A stretch of 64,000 nt of DNA from Candidatus Bipolaricaulota bacterium (lineage in GTDB: Bacteria; Bipolaricaulota; Bipolaricaulia; M55B111), in contig JAGYME010000003.1 of NCBI GenBank assembly GCA_018400715.1, forward strand, positions 8,996 to 72,995, read 5' to 3'. The position numbers and the translations under genes were made by a program. Below the pieces are notes generated by a model. That model had not been told where the DNA came from, did no database searches, and worked only from the letters and a program-made list of their open reading frames with translations. Below, in pieces: positions 35,847 through 44,477 of this stretch (position 1 is the stretch's first letter; each line of letters starts with the position of its first letter).

Positions 35847-37253
35847 TTAATTCTCGATAAATAGTTCAGCAATCGTGCCCTTGATCGATGAGTCTCCTTC
35901 CTCTCCAGCCTTTATTCGACGGAAGAGTTCGGCGGCAGTTATAAGGGTAAACCCGTAGAGGTTGCAACCCTGCTCCAGTTCTTCGGTGAACTGCTGCCCC
36001 CTGTTCTCCGGTTCCCGGTCGGCATACCCGTTAACGAGAAGTACACCCTGAGGGTCCTCGTTCTCGAAGATCCTAAACTCGTCAATCCCCCTGACCAACC
36101 TGTGGTAGGGGTCAAGCCCTATTTTCCCGTCCCGAGAGGAGTCGAGGGCTATGGCGAAACAATCGTCTCCCTCGCGGCAGGCGTAGACGTCTATGGCAGA
36201 ATTAACTTCCTGGACTTTGAAACCGACGCGGTCTAGCACCTCGGATAACAGGTTCCCTAACTCGAACCGTGACCCCGCGTAGAGCAGGCTCCGAAATAGC
36301 TGGTAATCTTTGACCTCTTCCTCCAGTTTGCGCTTCCTCTCCTCTAGCGAGAGGATTTCCTCGTCCAGCTTCGCTACTTTCTCCCGAACTTCGTCTTCCC
36401 CCTCGAAACGGTAAGACCCCTTTTCTGCCCATTCTGGTGACTGAGTCCGGTGTGGGGGGGATAAGCTGGACTCGATGAGGTCGTAAATCCGTTCGGATTC
36501 CTCTTCCGGAACAATTCCGTCCAGAGGCGGAAGAAATATAATCCTTCCCTCTCCAATTACCAGCTCAAACGCGATAAGTTCACCCGTTACGGTGCGGGCA
36601 ACCGGGATGATTTCATCTCTTTCGTCCGCAGGTCCGCGGAGCTGGACCGTGGCTTCGCAGTTAACGTACTCTCGATTCCTGTCCAAGTAGTATTCTGCCG
36701 GCTTGTTTCCCGTTTCCAGCACGAACTTGTTGCCCGAATGCCTGTTTACGTTATTTTCGGAAAACAGACCTCTTGCCCATTCCCCTGGTAGCCACGAGTA
36801 TCTGTGGACCTGTTTTGACCGGTCTCCGTCGACGATTTCAAGTTTACTGGCGGGCTTCCGCAGCCTCACAAGAATAATCCCCGATTCTCCGTTAAGGAGT
36901 GAGTCGACCTCCCGGCGTCTGGTCCCCAAGAGGTTCTCCAGGCCTCTCGAAAGGCCGCGGTCTGTTTCCGGCGACGTCGAGTACGTACCATCTGCGCCCG
37001 GACGTAGGTGGTCCTCCCATAACTTGTTGAGTCCTTTTGGGTCGATCAGGACGGCGTCGTAGTCGTAAAGACGGGGAGAATTATGAAAGTCCGCCCCGTC
37101 GACCACGGGAGCGTATTCCTCGAGTCCTTCCTCCAACCCCCAACCCAGATCCAGAACCCTCAGTTCGGTATCTTTCAATGTATCTCTACCTCTCGTAAGA
37201 CCTCGTGTATACCTCTTACCAAAGATGTTATACTGCAGGGAAAGTTTTTTCAA
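35847..37253 (-). CDS. Hypothetical protein (unknown N-domain, central coiled coil, unknown C-domain)
   Basis: 468-aa ORF from a TTG with no RBS. An alternative TTG at 37178 has GAGAGGTAGAG upstream. No family recognised. Coiled coil EVREKVAKLDEEILSLEERKRKLEEEVKDYQ. Confidence 0.6.
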   Translation of the reverse strand: MKKLSLQYNIFGKRYTRGLTRGRDTLKDTELRVLDLGWGLEEGLEEYAPVVDGADFHNSPRLYDYDAVLIDPKGLNKLWEDHLRPGADGTYSTSPETDRGLSRGLENLLGTRRREVDSLLNGESGIILVRLRKPASKLEIVDGDRSKQVHRYSWLPGEWARGLFSENNVNRHSGNKFVLETGNKPAEYYLDRNREYVNCEATVQLRGPADERDEIIPVARTVTGELIAFELVIGEGRIIFLPPLDGIVPEEESERIYDLIESSLSPPHRTQSPEWAEKGSYRFEGEDEVREKVAKLDEEILSLEERKRKLEEEVKDYQLFRSLLYAGSRFELGNLLSEVLDRVGFKVQEVNSAIDVYACREGDDCFAIALDSSRDGKIGLDPYHRLVRGIDEFRIFENEDPQGVLLVNGYADREPENRGQQFTEELEQGCNLYGFTLITAAELFRRIKAGEEGDSSIKGTIAELFIEN

Positions 37254-37414
37254 TTTACCAGCCGTATACGGTAAAATCGGGACTCCCCCCTTGGCGAAAC
37301 CTGCTGGTTGGCGTTAACATAGGCTAAAGACGAAAGAGTTTTTCGTCTATTCTTGGACTGGAGGGACTCGTTCCCCAACGTGAAACACCCTTGGTGACCT
37401 AAGGAGAAAAGGTA

Positions 37415-38296
37415 ATGAAGATAAAGACGGCTATTATTCTGCTGGCTGGCGTTACTACTATTTCCTTTGCCGCAATACTGATCAGGTTGAGCACGGCTCC
37501 ACCGTTGATAATCTCCTTCTATAGGATGCTATTTGCGGTAGTTTTGTTAACTCCGGTTGTAATTTACCGCGGGGAGGTCCGAAGTGAAATCAGGCGACTT
37601 GGCCGCAGGGACCTGGTCCTGCTTTTTATCAGTGGTCTTTTCTTGAGCGCCCATTTTGCCCTGTGGGTGACGTCGCTGAATCATACGAGCGTGGCCAGTT
37701 CGGTCGTCCTGGTGGCGACCCAGCCCCTGTTTATCGTCATCGTTGAAAACTTCTTTCTGCGCAAGAAGCCGTCACGTAAGTTGGTCGGGGGGTTGATCGT
37801 GGCCGGGGCCGGCAGTCTACTTATTGGTTACGGAGGTTTTTCTGCCTCCCGGATAAAATTTCTTGGTGACGTCTTTGCGCTGCTTGGCGCCGGGATGGCG
37901 GCGGGCTATTTTTTGATCGGTGGAGAAGTACGAAAGAGAATAACGTTAATTACTTACATATATACTGTCTACGGCGTCAGTGCGTTCTTTCTCCTATTCT
38001 ATTCCCTCGCCGGAGGTTATCCTCTCCTCAGGTATTCCCCGTACAATTTTTTGACCTTCTTTCTCCTTGCTGCCGGCCCTACCCTGGTCGGGCACACCTC
38101 CTTCAACTGGGTGTTGAAGGAGGTGAACGCGTCTCTCGTCGGCGTAACGATCCTGGCCGAACCGGTCGGATCGTCGGTCCTGGCCGCCCTTATCTTTGGA
38201 GAATATCCGTCGTACTGGACGATCGTCGGTGGCTCACTCGTCCTAATCAGCATCTATTTTCTCTGGCAAAGCGAGCTGCTTGAGGGTTTCGGCTGA
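37415..38296 (+). CDS. EamA/DMT family transporter
   Basis: AAGGAG RBS. 293 aa with 10 TM segments in two EamA halves. Confidence 0.8.
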   Translation: MKIKTAIILLAGVTTISFAAILIRLSTAPPLIISFYRMLFAVVLLTPVVIYRGEVRSEIRRLGRRDLVLLFISGLFLSAHFALWVTSLNHTSVASSVVLVATQPLFIVIVENFFLRKKPSRKLVGGLIVAGAGSLLIGYGGFSASRIKFLGDVFALLGAGMAAGYFLIGGEVRKRITLITYIYTVYGVSAFFLLFYSLAGGYPLLRYSPYNFLTFFLLAAGPTLVGHTSFNWVLKEVNASLVGVTILAEPVGSSVLAALIFGEYPSYWTIVGGSLVLISIYFLWQSELLEGFG

Positions 38297-38315
38297 TAGC
38301 GTTGTCGGATATTGG

Positions 38316-39380
38316 TTACTCTTCTTGTTCTAGCTCCTCAGCAGCCCTCTCCTCGGCCTGTTGTTGTATCTTCTCAGCCCGTTTCTCGAACTCCGACTTT
38401 GCCTCTTTGGCCTTTTCCGCCAGTCCCTCGACTAGCTGGTTGCCGCGTTCCTCTTCAAACTCCTCCTCGTCAAATTCCGGGAAGCCGTCATCGCTGGATA
38501 CTCCCATTATACTGCTGATCGCACCAAGGACGTCCGCGGTTCCTGACGGTACAATCAACTTGGAGGCGCGGCCGTCGGCCAGTTCCTTCATCGCTTCGTA
38601 GGCCTTGAGGGTGAGGATCTGTTTGGTCGGCTTTGAGGAGTGATATGCGCCGAAAATTCCCTGGATTGCGTTTGCCTCACCTTCCGCCTCGGTAATGTAC
38701 TCGTACCGCTTGGCATCCGCCCTCTTTCTCCTGGCGTTTGCCTCACCTTCCGCCTCCAGTATCGCGGCCCTCTTACCACCCTCGGCTTTAAGGATGGACG
38801 CCTTCTTGCTACCCTCGGCTCGCAGCACTTCCGCTCGCCTGCGCCGCTCGGCCTTGAGTTGCTGGGCCATCGCGTCCTTTACGTCGTCCGGGGGCGTGAT
38901 CTCTCGTATCTCAACCTTCGTAACTCTGACGCCCCATTTGTCCGTTTCCTTGTCCAGGGTGTTGAGGAGTTTCGTGTTTACTTTCTCCCGAGACGAGAGG
39001 GATTGGTCCAGGTCCATCTCACCGATCTCGCTCCTCAGGTTCGTCTGGGCAAGACGCACTGCCGCCTGTTCGAAGTTTTCTACCTCGTACTCGACCTTTT
39101 TCGCGTCAGTTGGCTTGTAATAGACGATGGCGTCGACTGTCACGGTGGCGTTGTCCCTCGTTATTACGTCCTGTCGGGGGACGTCGAGCGTTTTTTCCCG
39201 CATATCGATCTTCTTGATCCGCTGGATGAGCGGGAAGATGAACCTCAGGCCGGGTTCGACCGTTTTAGTATACTTACCAAATGTCTCCAAAAGACCCTTC
39301 TGGTACTGTCTTATCTGGGTAGTGGCCCAGGAGCCAAAAATCAACAGGAATAATACTACTCCGATTATGATAAAAAACAT
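38316..39380 (-). CDS. SPFH/band-7 (stomatin/prohibitin-like) protein with a repeat-containing acidic C-terminus
   Basis: N-terminal TM and a PHB domain (EPGLRFIFPLIQRI..., VTKVEIREITPP, AERRRRAEVLRAEG). The start abuts the nfeD stop. Confidence 0.85.
   Translation of the reverse strand: MFFIIIGVVLFLLIFGSWATTQIRQYQKGLLETFGKYTKTVEPGLRFIFPLIQRIKKIDMREKTLDVPRQDVITRDNATVTVDAIVYYKPTDAKKVEYEVENFEQAAVRLAQTNLRSEIGEMDLDQSLSSREKVNTKLLNTLDKETDKWGVRVTKVEIREITPPDDVKDAMAQQLKAERRRRAEVLRAEGSKKASILKAEGGKRAAILEAEGEANARRKRADAKRYEYITEAEGEANAIQGIFGAYHSSKPTKQILTLKAYEAMKELADGRASKLIVPSGTADVLGAISSIMGVSSDDGFPEFDEEEFEEERGNQLVEGLAEKAKEAKSEFEKRAEKIQQQAEERAAEELEQEE
38668..38756. repeat. Intragenic 23-nt perfect direct repeat (two copies, 66 nt apart) inside the SPFH gene
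   Basis: GCGTTTGCCTCACCTTCCGCCTC occurs at 38668-38690 and 38734-38756. Each copy encodes EAEGEANA on the minus strand. Confidence 0.8.
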
Positions 39381-39851
39381 TTATGAATCATCCTCCTCGT
39401 TCTGCATGTCACCCTCCTCGATCTCCTCGACGATGAGGGTCGTTCCGTCTATTCCGTTCACAACTACCTTATTTCCTTTCTCAATGATCTCTTCGCTCTC
39501 TGATTTTGCCCTCCACTTCTCACCTTCTACCCTAACTATTCCCGTTCCCAGGGAGGAATTTATCCTTTCATCAACAATTCCTCTGCGGTCTATTAATCTA
39601 TCGGGGCCCGTTTTGATTCCAGAGGAAGTCGTTGAGTAAATGTTGAACTTCCATGCCAGGTAAGCTGCCAGACTGCTTCCGACGATGAACACGATAAAGG
39701 AAGCAAGTTCTCCGGAAAAGAATAGGTCGGTCAGGCTAGCGAACAGGGCGCCGACGCCGACGATCCCGAAGAAGAACGTCGTCGTATTGAGTTCGACGAC
39801 GAGAAAAAGCAGTCCACCCGCAAACCAGACCCAGGTCGGAATTAATTCCAT
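39381..39851 (-). CDS. nfeD: NfeD family membrane protein
   Basis: GAGGTGA RBS. Three N-terminal TMs plus a C-terminal OB-like domain (GIVRVEGEKWRAKSE...GNKVVVNGIDGTTLIVEE), in the classic NfeD-SPFH pairing. Confidence 0.8.
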   Translation of the reverse strand: MELIPTWVWFAGGLLFLVVELNTTTFFFGIVGVGALFASLTDLFFSGELASFIVFIVGSSLAAYLAWKFNIYSTTSSGIKTGPDRLIDRRGIVDERINSSLGTGIVRVEGEKWRAKSESEEIIEKGNKVVVNGIDGTTLIVEEIEEGDMQNEEDDS

Positions 39852-39869
39852 AATTCACCTCACGTTCTC

Positions 39870-41024
39870 CTATATCGGTAAGGTTACCGGTCTTACGTTT
39901 ACTTGGTTAACATCTTGATCCTTCCAAGCCCTGTCTGTCATCAAATACAGGGCACCGGAGACTAAAGAATGTCCGCCGGGGATAACTGGTCTGTCATACT
40001 CCAGGATGGACTCCGTCAGGTCTTTCAGATAACCAGGTCCCAATTCCTCCGGTCTAAGGAGGTCTGACCAAAAACGTTCTCGTCTCGACGGCCAACTTCC
40101 ATAGTAATTGAAAATAACTCGCGTATCCAGCAACAGACCCGTTCCACTCGATAGAAGGGTTTCCAGGGCAGCTTCGGGTCCCTTGTTATCAAATATACTG
40201 CCAAGGAGCGAAGGAATCGACTCCTTATTTCCTCGCGTCGCGTAACTCCCCCTCCCCTCAGAGTAGACGTCAACGTGGCAGGCCGCGTTCTTCTCCAGGT
40301 ACGACCACGTACTTGCACCGATCCGACCAGCAACGACGAGTCTGCTCTCGGGCCGTGTCAGCTGTTCTTCTATATCACGATATCTAGATGCGTCTAACTC
40401 CAGGGAGGATAGGTAGTCGGAGAGTCGTCTATGGGGAGTACCGCATTCCTTAAGGGGAATCAGATCGCCTGGAGAGTCGATGTCAACCTGTGTCTTCGCG
40501 TTTCTTTCGAGTTCGACCGGCTTGAATCCCGCTTCTCTCGATTTCCAACCGAGGAGGTTGTCCTTGTCCGGCGGGGACGTCTGTAACATCATTCCAGCCG
40601 GAGACACCCCGAAGAAATCCGTAGAATAAAAGTTGTTAGATATCGATATCGTTTCCTCCGTGATGATCCGCCGGGACAAGTTTTCGAGGTCGACTCCCTC
40701 GAGGAGTAGTCCCGATCCACCGCCAAGATAAAGCAAATTCGTGATCCCGTAGCCTTCGATTGTTTTGTAGAGACTTTCACCAAAGTGAAAGTCTTCCGTA
40801 GTTTTTTCGGTCCTTAAGTCTGGCGATATTTTTTTACCCCTACTGAGGAGCTCATCCGAGTTGCTGAGTAATATCTGGAGGTCGACGGAATCAAGTTGAG
40901 TCGAGATTTCCAATAGGTCAACGGAGTTCTCGATTATGGCGCCGTTTAACGCCTCTTCCGGATAGGTGTCACCTGTCACTCCCGAAGCGATAACGACGGC
41001 AGTCTTGCCTTTAGGCCTCTTCAT
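39870..41024 (-). CDS. Hypothetical protein (two-domain, cytoplasmic, no family recognised)
   Basis: 384-aa ORF. The ATG overlaps the rpiA stop by 14 nt, and the stop lies 18 nt before nfeD. Confidence 0.6.
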   Translation of the reverse strand: MKRPKGKTAVVIASGVTGDTYPEEALNGAIIENSVDLLEISTQLDSVDLQILLSNSDELLSRGKKISPDLRTEKTTEDFHFGESLYKTIEGYGITNLLYLGGGSGLLLEGVDLENLSRRIITEETISISNNFYSTDFFGVSPAGMMLQTSPPDKDNLLGWKSREAGFKPVELERNAKTQVDIDSPGDLIPLKECGTPHRRLSDYLSSLELDASRYRDIEEQLTRPESRLVVAGRIGASTWSYLEKNAACHVDVYSEGRGSYATRGNKESIPSLLGSIFDNKGPEAALETLLSSGTGLLLDTRVIFNYYGSWPSRRERFWSDLLRPEELGPGYLKDLTESILEYDRPVIPGGHSLVSGALYLMTDRAWKDQDVNQVNVRPVTLPI

Positions 41025-41727
41025 TTTTGATTATTTTCACCCCGTCCCCGGTACCGACAAAGACCACGTCAGCCTTCCGCCGGACAAACAGGCCGTTTTC
41101 GACGACCCCGTCAATCTCGTTCAACTCACGTTCCAGGACCTCGAGACCTTCCTCGTCGTACTTTCTCCCGAGGTCCACGTCCACTATTAGGTTATCGTTG
41201 TCTGTATAGAAAGGGCCGGAACCCCCGACTCTGAGGTGCGGCTCTCCGTAGTCACGGAGGCGGTCGGTAAGGTCGTCTTTCTTTTCCGGGATTACCTCGA
41301 CTGGCAGCGGAAACCTCTGACCGAGGTAGTCGACCAGTTTTCTCTCGTCGACTATGATCACAAGCAGTTCGGACCTGGTGGCCACACGTTTTTCGCGGTA
41401 ATGACAACCTCCACCGCCCTTGATCAGGTTTAGGTTTCCATCTACCTCGTCCGCTCCGTCAACGTCGAACAGGAGTCGACCCCTTTCCTCAAGGTTTCCC
41501 GTAGATACCCCCAAATCGTCTAACTTAGCCCTCGTTTCCCTTGAAGTAGGCACTGCGACGAGGTGAGCGAATTTGGCCAATTTGGGGAAGGCGTAAGCGA
41601 CGGTCGAACCGGAACCCGCACCAACGAATATGTTCTCGTCACTATCGTACCTTTCCAGGAGCCAGTCCCCCGCTGCCTCTGCGGCCTCTCTCTTTAATTT
41701 GACTATTTCTGTCCGTGAAAGGTCCAT
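41011..41727 (-). CDS. rpiA: Ribose-5-phosphate isomerase A
   Basis: GAGSGSTVAY, DGADEVD, NLIKGGGG. Confidence 0.9.
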   Translation of the reverse strand: MDLSRTEIVKLKREAAEAAGDWLLERYDSDENIFVGAGSGSTVAYAFPKLAKFAHLVAVPTSRETRAKLDDLGVSTGNLEERGRLLFDVDGADEVDGNLNLIKGGGGCHYREKRVATRSELLVIIVDERKLVDYLGQRFPLPVEVIPEKKDDLTDRLRDYGEPHLRVGGSGPFYTDNDNLIVDVDLGRKYDEEGLEVLERELNEIDGVVENGLFVRRKADVVFVGTGDGVKIIKNEEA

Positions 41728-42059
41728 TTGTCCTCCTCCAGCCCCTTCATTACCGAATTTTCCGTTTTCTCTTCCCTGAGTTGGCTTCTGAGGGGCTTGA
41801 ATATCGAACTTCGGATTTAGGCGTTCAGCTTAAGTAATATTATAAACCCTTTTGCTCAATCCACAAACGTAACAACCTGATTTGTCGGAAGAAACTTGCA
41901 GATCAGCCATCTTAATCTATAATAAATATAGCCAAAGTTGAGACAGCGATTCTGATCGCCCTGTTGGCGTACTTGCTCACAGGGGCGTTTGCTGTAAGAA
42001 AAAGGTAAAAAGCTTGCCATTTCATCCCCAGGAAGTCAATTTGGAAACGAGGTGAATAA

Positions 42060-42572
42060 ATGCACTTTTTTGACCTGATAAAGAAACGGCGGTCCATTCG
42101 GTCTTTCAAGAAACTTGGTGTGGAGGATGAAAAACTGGATCAACTTATCAGTGCGGCAAATAACGCTCCGTCCGCGGGAAATCTACAGGCTTATAAGATG
42201 GTGGCTGTTACCAACGAACAGCTGAAAGAAGACCTCGTGGAAACGGCATTTGGTCAGAAGTTTATCGCGGATGCTCCTGTGGTTTTCGTATTCCTCCAGG
42301 ACGTAAAGAGGTCGAGGGACCGTTACGGCGACCGGGGAGATTTCTATTCGTTCCAGGACGCGATAATAGCGAACACCTACCTGCAGCTTGCCGCCGTCGA
42401 ATTGAACCTGGGGACCTGCTGGGTCGGTGCCTTCGACGAGGAGAGAGTCAAGGAGTTGCTGAATACCGATAAACGCCCCGTAATCATTACCCCGGTTGGA
42501 TACCCCGCCAAAGGAGCAGGCCATGAAACCGGACGTCGCGAGGCGGACGATATGGTCGAGTTTCTCGATTGA
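42060..42572 (+). CDS. Nitroreductase family protein
   Basis: KKRRSIRSFKK, APSAGNLQ, GTCWVGAF. Confidence 0.85.
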   Translation: MHFFDLIKKRRSIRSFKKLGVEDEKLDQLISAANNAPSAGNLQAYKMVAVTNEQLKEDLVETAFGQKFIADAPVVFVFLQDVKRSRDRYGDRGDFYSFQDAIIANTYLQLAAVELNLGTCWVGAFDEERVKELLNTDKRPVIITPVGYPAKGAGHETGRREADDMVEFLD

Positions 42573-42586
42573 TGAGTTTGGACTGG

Positions 42587-43006
42587 CTATAGCCCCATAA
42601 ATTGGACTACTATCCGCCTCTTTCTCCTTCGCGTATCGTGGTTAATCGCTACGATGTTTTGCCAGGTTCCTAATTCAAGTTTCTCGTCGACGAAAGGTAT
42701 AATGGTCCCTGGGCCCATTATCGTTGCCCGCACGTGGCTCCTACCGTTGTCGTCATTCCAGGTCCGGTGGTGTTTATAATCTAAATCCGGGGGTGCCAGA
42801 CGCTCGAGCGCCTCGGGTACGTCTTCTTTTAGTCCCGGTTCGTATTCGACCGTGCTTATCGATCCGGTTGCACCGGGTACAAATATATTAACCGAACCAT
42901 CCTGGAGACCCGTATTCTCCAGCAGTTCTGCCACCAAGGAAGTTATGTCCTTCATCCCGCTGTCGGCGGGGATCTCGACCTTGATTTGTTTAGTAATTAC
43001 TTTCAC
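42587..43006 (-). CDS. yjbQ: YjbQ/UPF0047 family protein (secondary thiamine-phosphate synthase)
   Basis: 139 aa. DITSLV..., GSVNIFVPGATGSISTVEYEPG, GRSHVRATIMG, GTWQNI. Confidence 0.85.
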   Translation of the reverse strand: MKVITKQIKVEIPADSGMKDITSLVAELLENTGLQDGSVNIFVPGATGSISTVEYEPGLKEDVPEALERLAPPDLDYKHHRTWNDDNGRSHVRATIMGPGTIIPFVDEKLELGTWQNIVAINHDTRRRKRRIVVQFMGL

Positions 43007-43023
43007 CCTTTACCTCCTTCAAC

Positions 43024-44454
43024 CTATTCTGTACCACTTTCGGTCAGGTAATCCACTACCTCTTCCATTCTCATACCGCGGGACCCCTTTACCAGGATTA
43101 CGTTGTCGTCACCTTCGATGTTTTCTCGCAGGTATTCCTGGAGTTCGCCTTTACCCCTGAACCACCTGGCTTTCGGTCCGGTTTCGTCCCTTTCCACCTC
43201 TTCATCGACCGCGGGAAGTTCGTCGCAGAGGAATTTTACATTTCGCCCAAATCCAAGGAGCAAATCAGTCCCTGAATTGCGGACGTCGGGTGCAAGTTCC
43301 CGGTGAAGTTGGCTGGATCGCGGGCCCAGTTCGAGCATATCTCCCAGGACCAGGATCTTCTTTCCTGAAGTATCCAGATCGGCCAGCAGGTGGAGGGCGT
43401 TTCTTACCGCTGAGGGGTTGGCGTTGTAGGTATCGTTAATTATCGAACCGCCGGTGAACTGGATCGGTTCCAGCCTTTGTGAAAGCGGGTCCACCTTGAC
43501 GCCATCTTTTATCTTGTCTTCTTCTATCCCCATTTCGAGGGCAAGCGAGGCGCCAGCAAGGGCGTTGTAGACGTTCGCCCGTGAAAGCAAACTACTGTGC
43601 AGTCGGATGGCTTTCTCTGTGCGAGGCCCCCCTCTCCACTCGGTCGCCAGCGAAAAGCTTATACCGTTGAGACCGTCGAGTTCGATATCGCCCGCGTTAT
43701 AGCGGACCTCCGCTGACCCTTCGACGGAGTAGAGAACGGGCTTGACCTCACCCAGACCAACCTTCATGAAGTCCCCACCTACGAAGTCGGAGTCCCCGTT
43801 TAACAAGACTGTCGCCCCTTCCTCCATCCCCTCGGTCAGGCGAAACTTCTCCCGTGCAAGCTGCTCTCTCCCGTCGAAGTTCTTCAGGTGAACTCTTCCA
43901 ATTCCCGTAATCAGGCCCACCGTAGGTTTCAGGACTTGACTGAGGACCTCGATATCCCCAGGATACTGGAGACCGAGTTCGAACACGCCGAAGTCCGTTT
44001 CCTCGTTCATCCGGAGGAGGGACAACGGCAGACCGTACTCCGTATTGAAGTTGCCGGGCGATTTATGTATGGTCCCAGTCCTGGACAGAATCGAGGCGAT
44101 TACTTCCTTGGTCGTCGTTTTCCCCCAACTGCCCGTTATCCCCACTATCGGGACAGAAAAGCGGGACCTGTAGTAAGAGGCCATCTTCAGAAAGCCCGAT
44201 TCCCTGTCATCTACCCCGATCAAATTTGGAAACGCCGGGTCGTCCAGTTTAAACCCCACTAGAGCGCCTACTGCGCCTCTGTCAAACCCTTCATCAAGGT
44301 GGGCCTCGCCGTCGGTAGTATCTCCCGGTAGGGTTATGAAGAAATCTCCAGGGGAAACGGTTCTGCTGTCGATGGAGAACCCGTTGATCTCGGCCTCCTC
44401 CCGATTTCTCCAGTCTCCCCCGGTTGCCTCCGCTATTTCCGATAAACTGAGCAT
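43024..44454 (-). CDS. murF: UDP-N-acetylmuramoyl-tripeptide--D-alanyl-D-alanine ligase
   Basis: IDSRTVSPGDFFI, GITGSWGKTTTKE, NDTYNANP, GDMLELG. Confidence 0.9.
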   Translation of the reverse strand: MLSLSEIAEATGGDWRNREEAEINGFSIDSRTVSPGDFFITLPGDTTDGEAHLDEGFDRGAVGALVGFKLDDPAFPNLIGVDDRESGFLKMASYYRSRFSVPIVGITGSWGKTTTKEVIASILSRTGTIHKSPGNFNTEYGLPLSLLRMNEETDFGVFELGLQYPGDIEVLSQVLKPTVGLITGIGRVHLKNFDGREQLAREKFRLTEGMEEGATVLLNGDSDFVGGDFMKVGLGEVKPVLYSVEGSAEVRYNAGDIELDGLNGISFSLATEWRGGPRTEKAIRLHSSLLSRANVYNALAGASLALEMGIEEDKIKDGVKVDPLSQRLEPIQFTGGSIINDTYNANPSAVRNALHLLADLDTSGKKILVLGDMLELGPRSSQLHRELAPDVRNSGTDLLLGFGRNVKFLCDELPAVDEEVERDETGPKARWFRGKGELQEYLRENIEGDDNVILVKGSRGMRMEEVVDYLTESGTE

Positions 44455-44477
44455 TGCAACTCCGCTCCGCCAGGTGC

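Noticed and set aside
37328-37348. An 8-bp hairpin AGACGAAA-gagtt-TTTCGTCT in the divergent region between the 468-aa gene and the EamA transporter.
   Set aside because: The stem is AT-rich with no flanking U-tract on either strand and no second copy noticed. It could be an operator, but the evidence is too thin to call.
38640-39353. A long 237-aa antisense ORF opposite the SPFH gene. Similar cases are 39127..39639, 38695..39120, 33723..34271, 28523..29023, 5741..6226 and 18513..18986.
   Set aside because: All lie fully inside, or bridge, well-supported genes on the other strand. They have Arg/Ser/Pro/Leu-rich low-complexity translations and lack RBSs. They are typical antisense open frames of GC-skewed codon usage.
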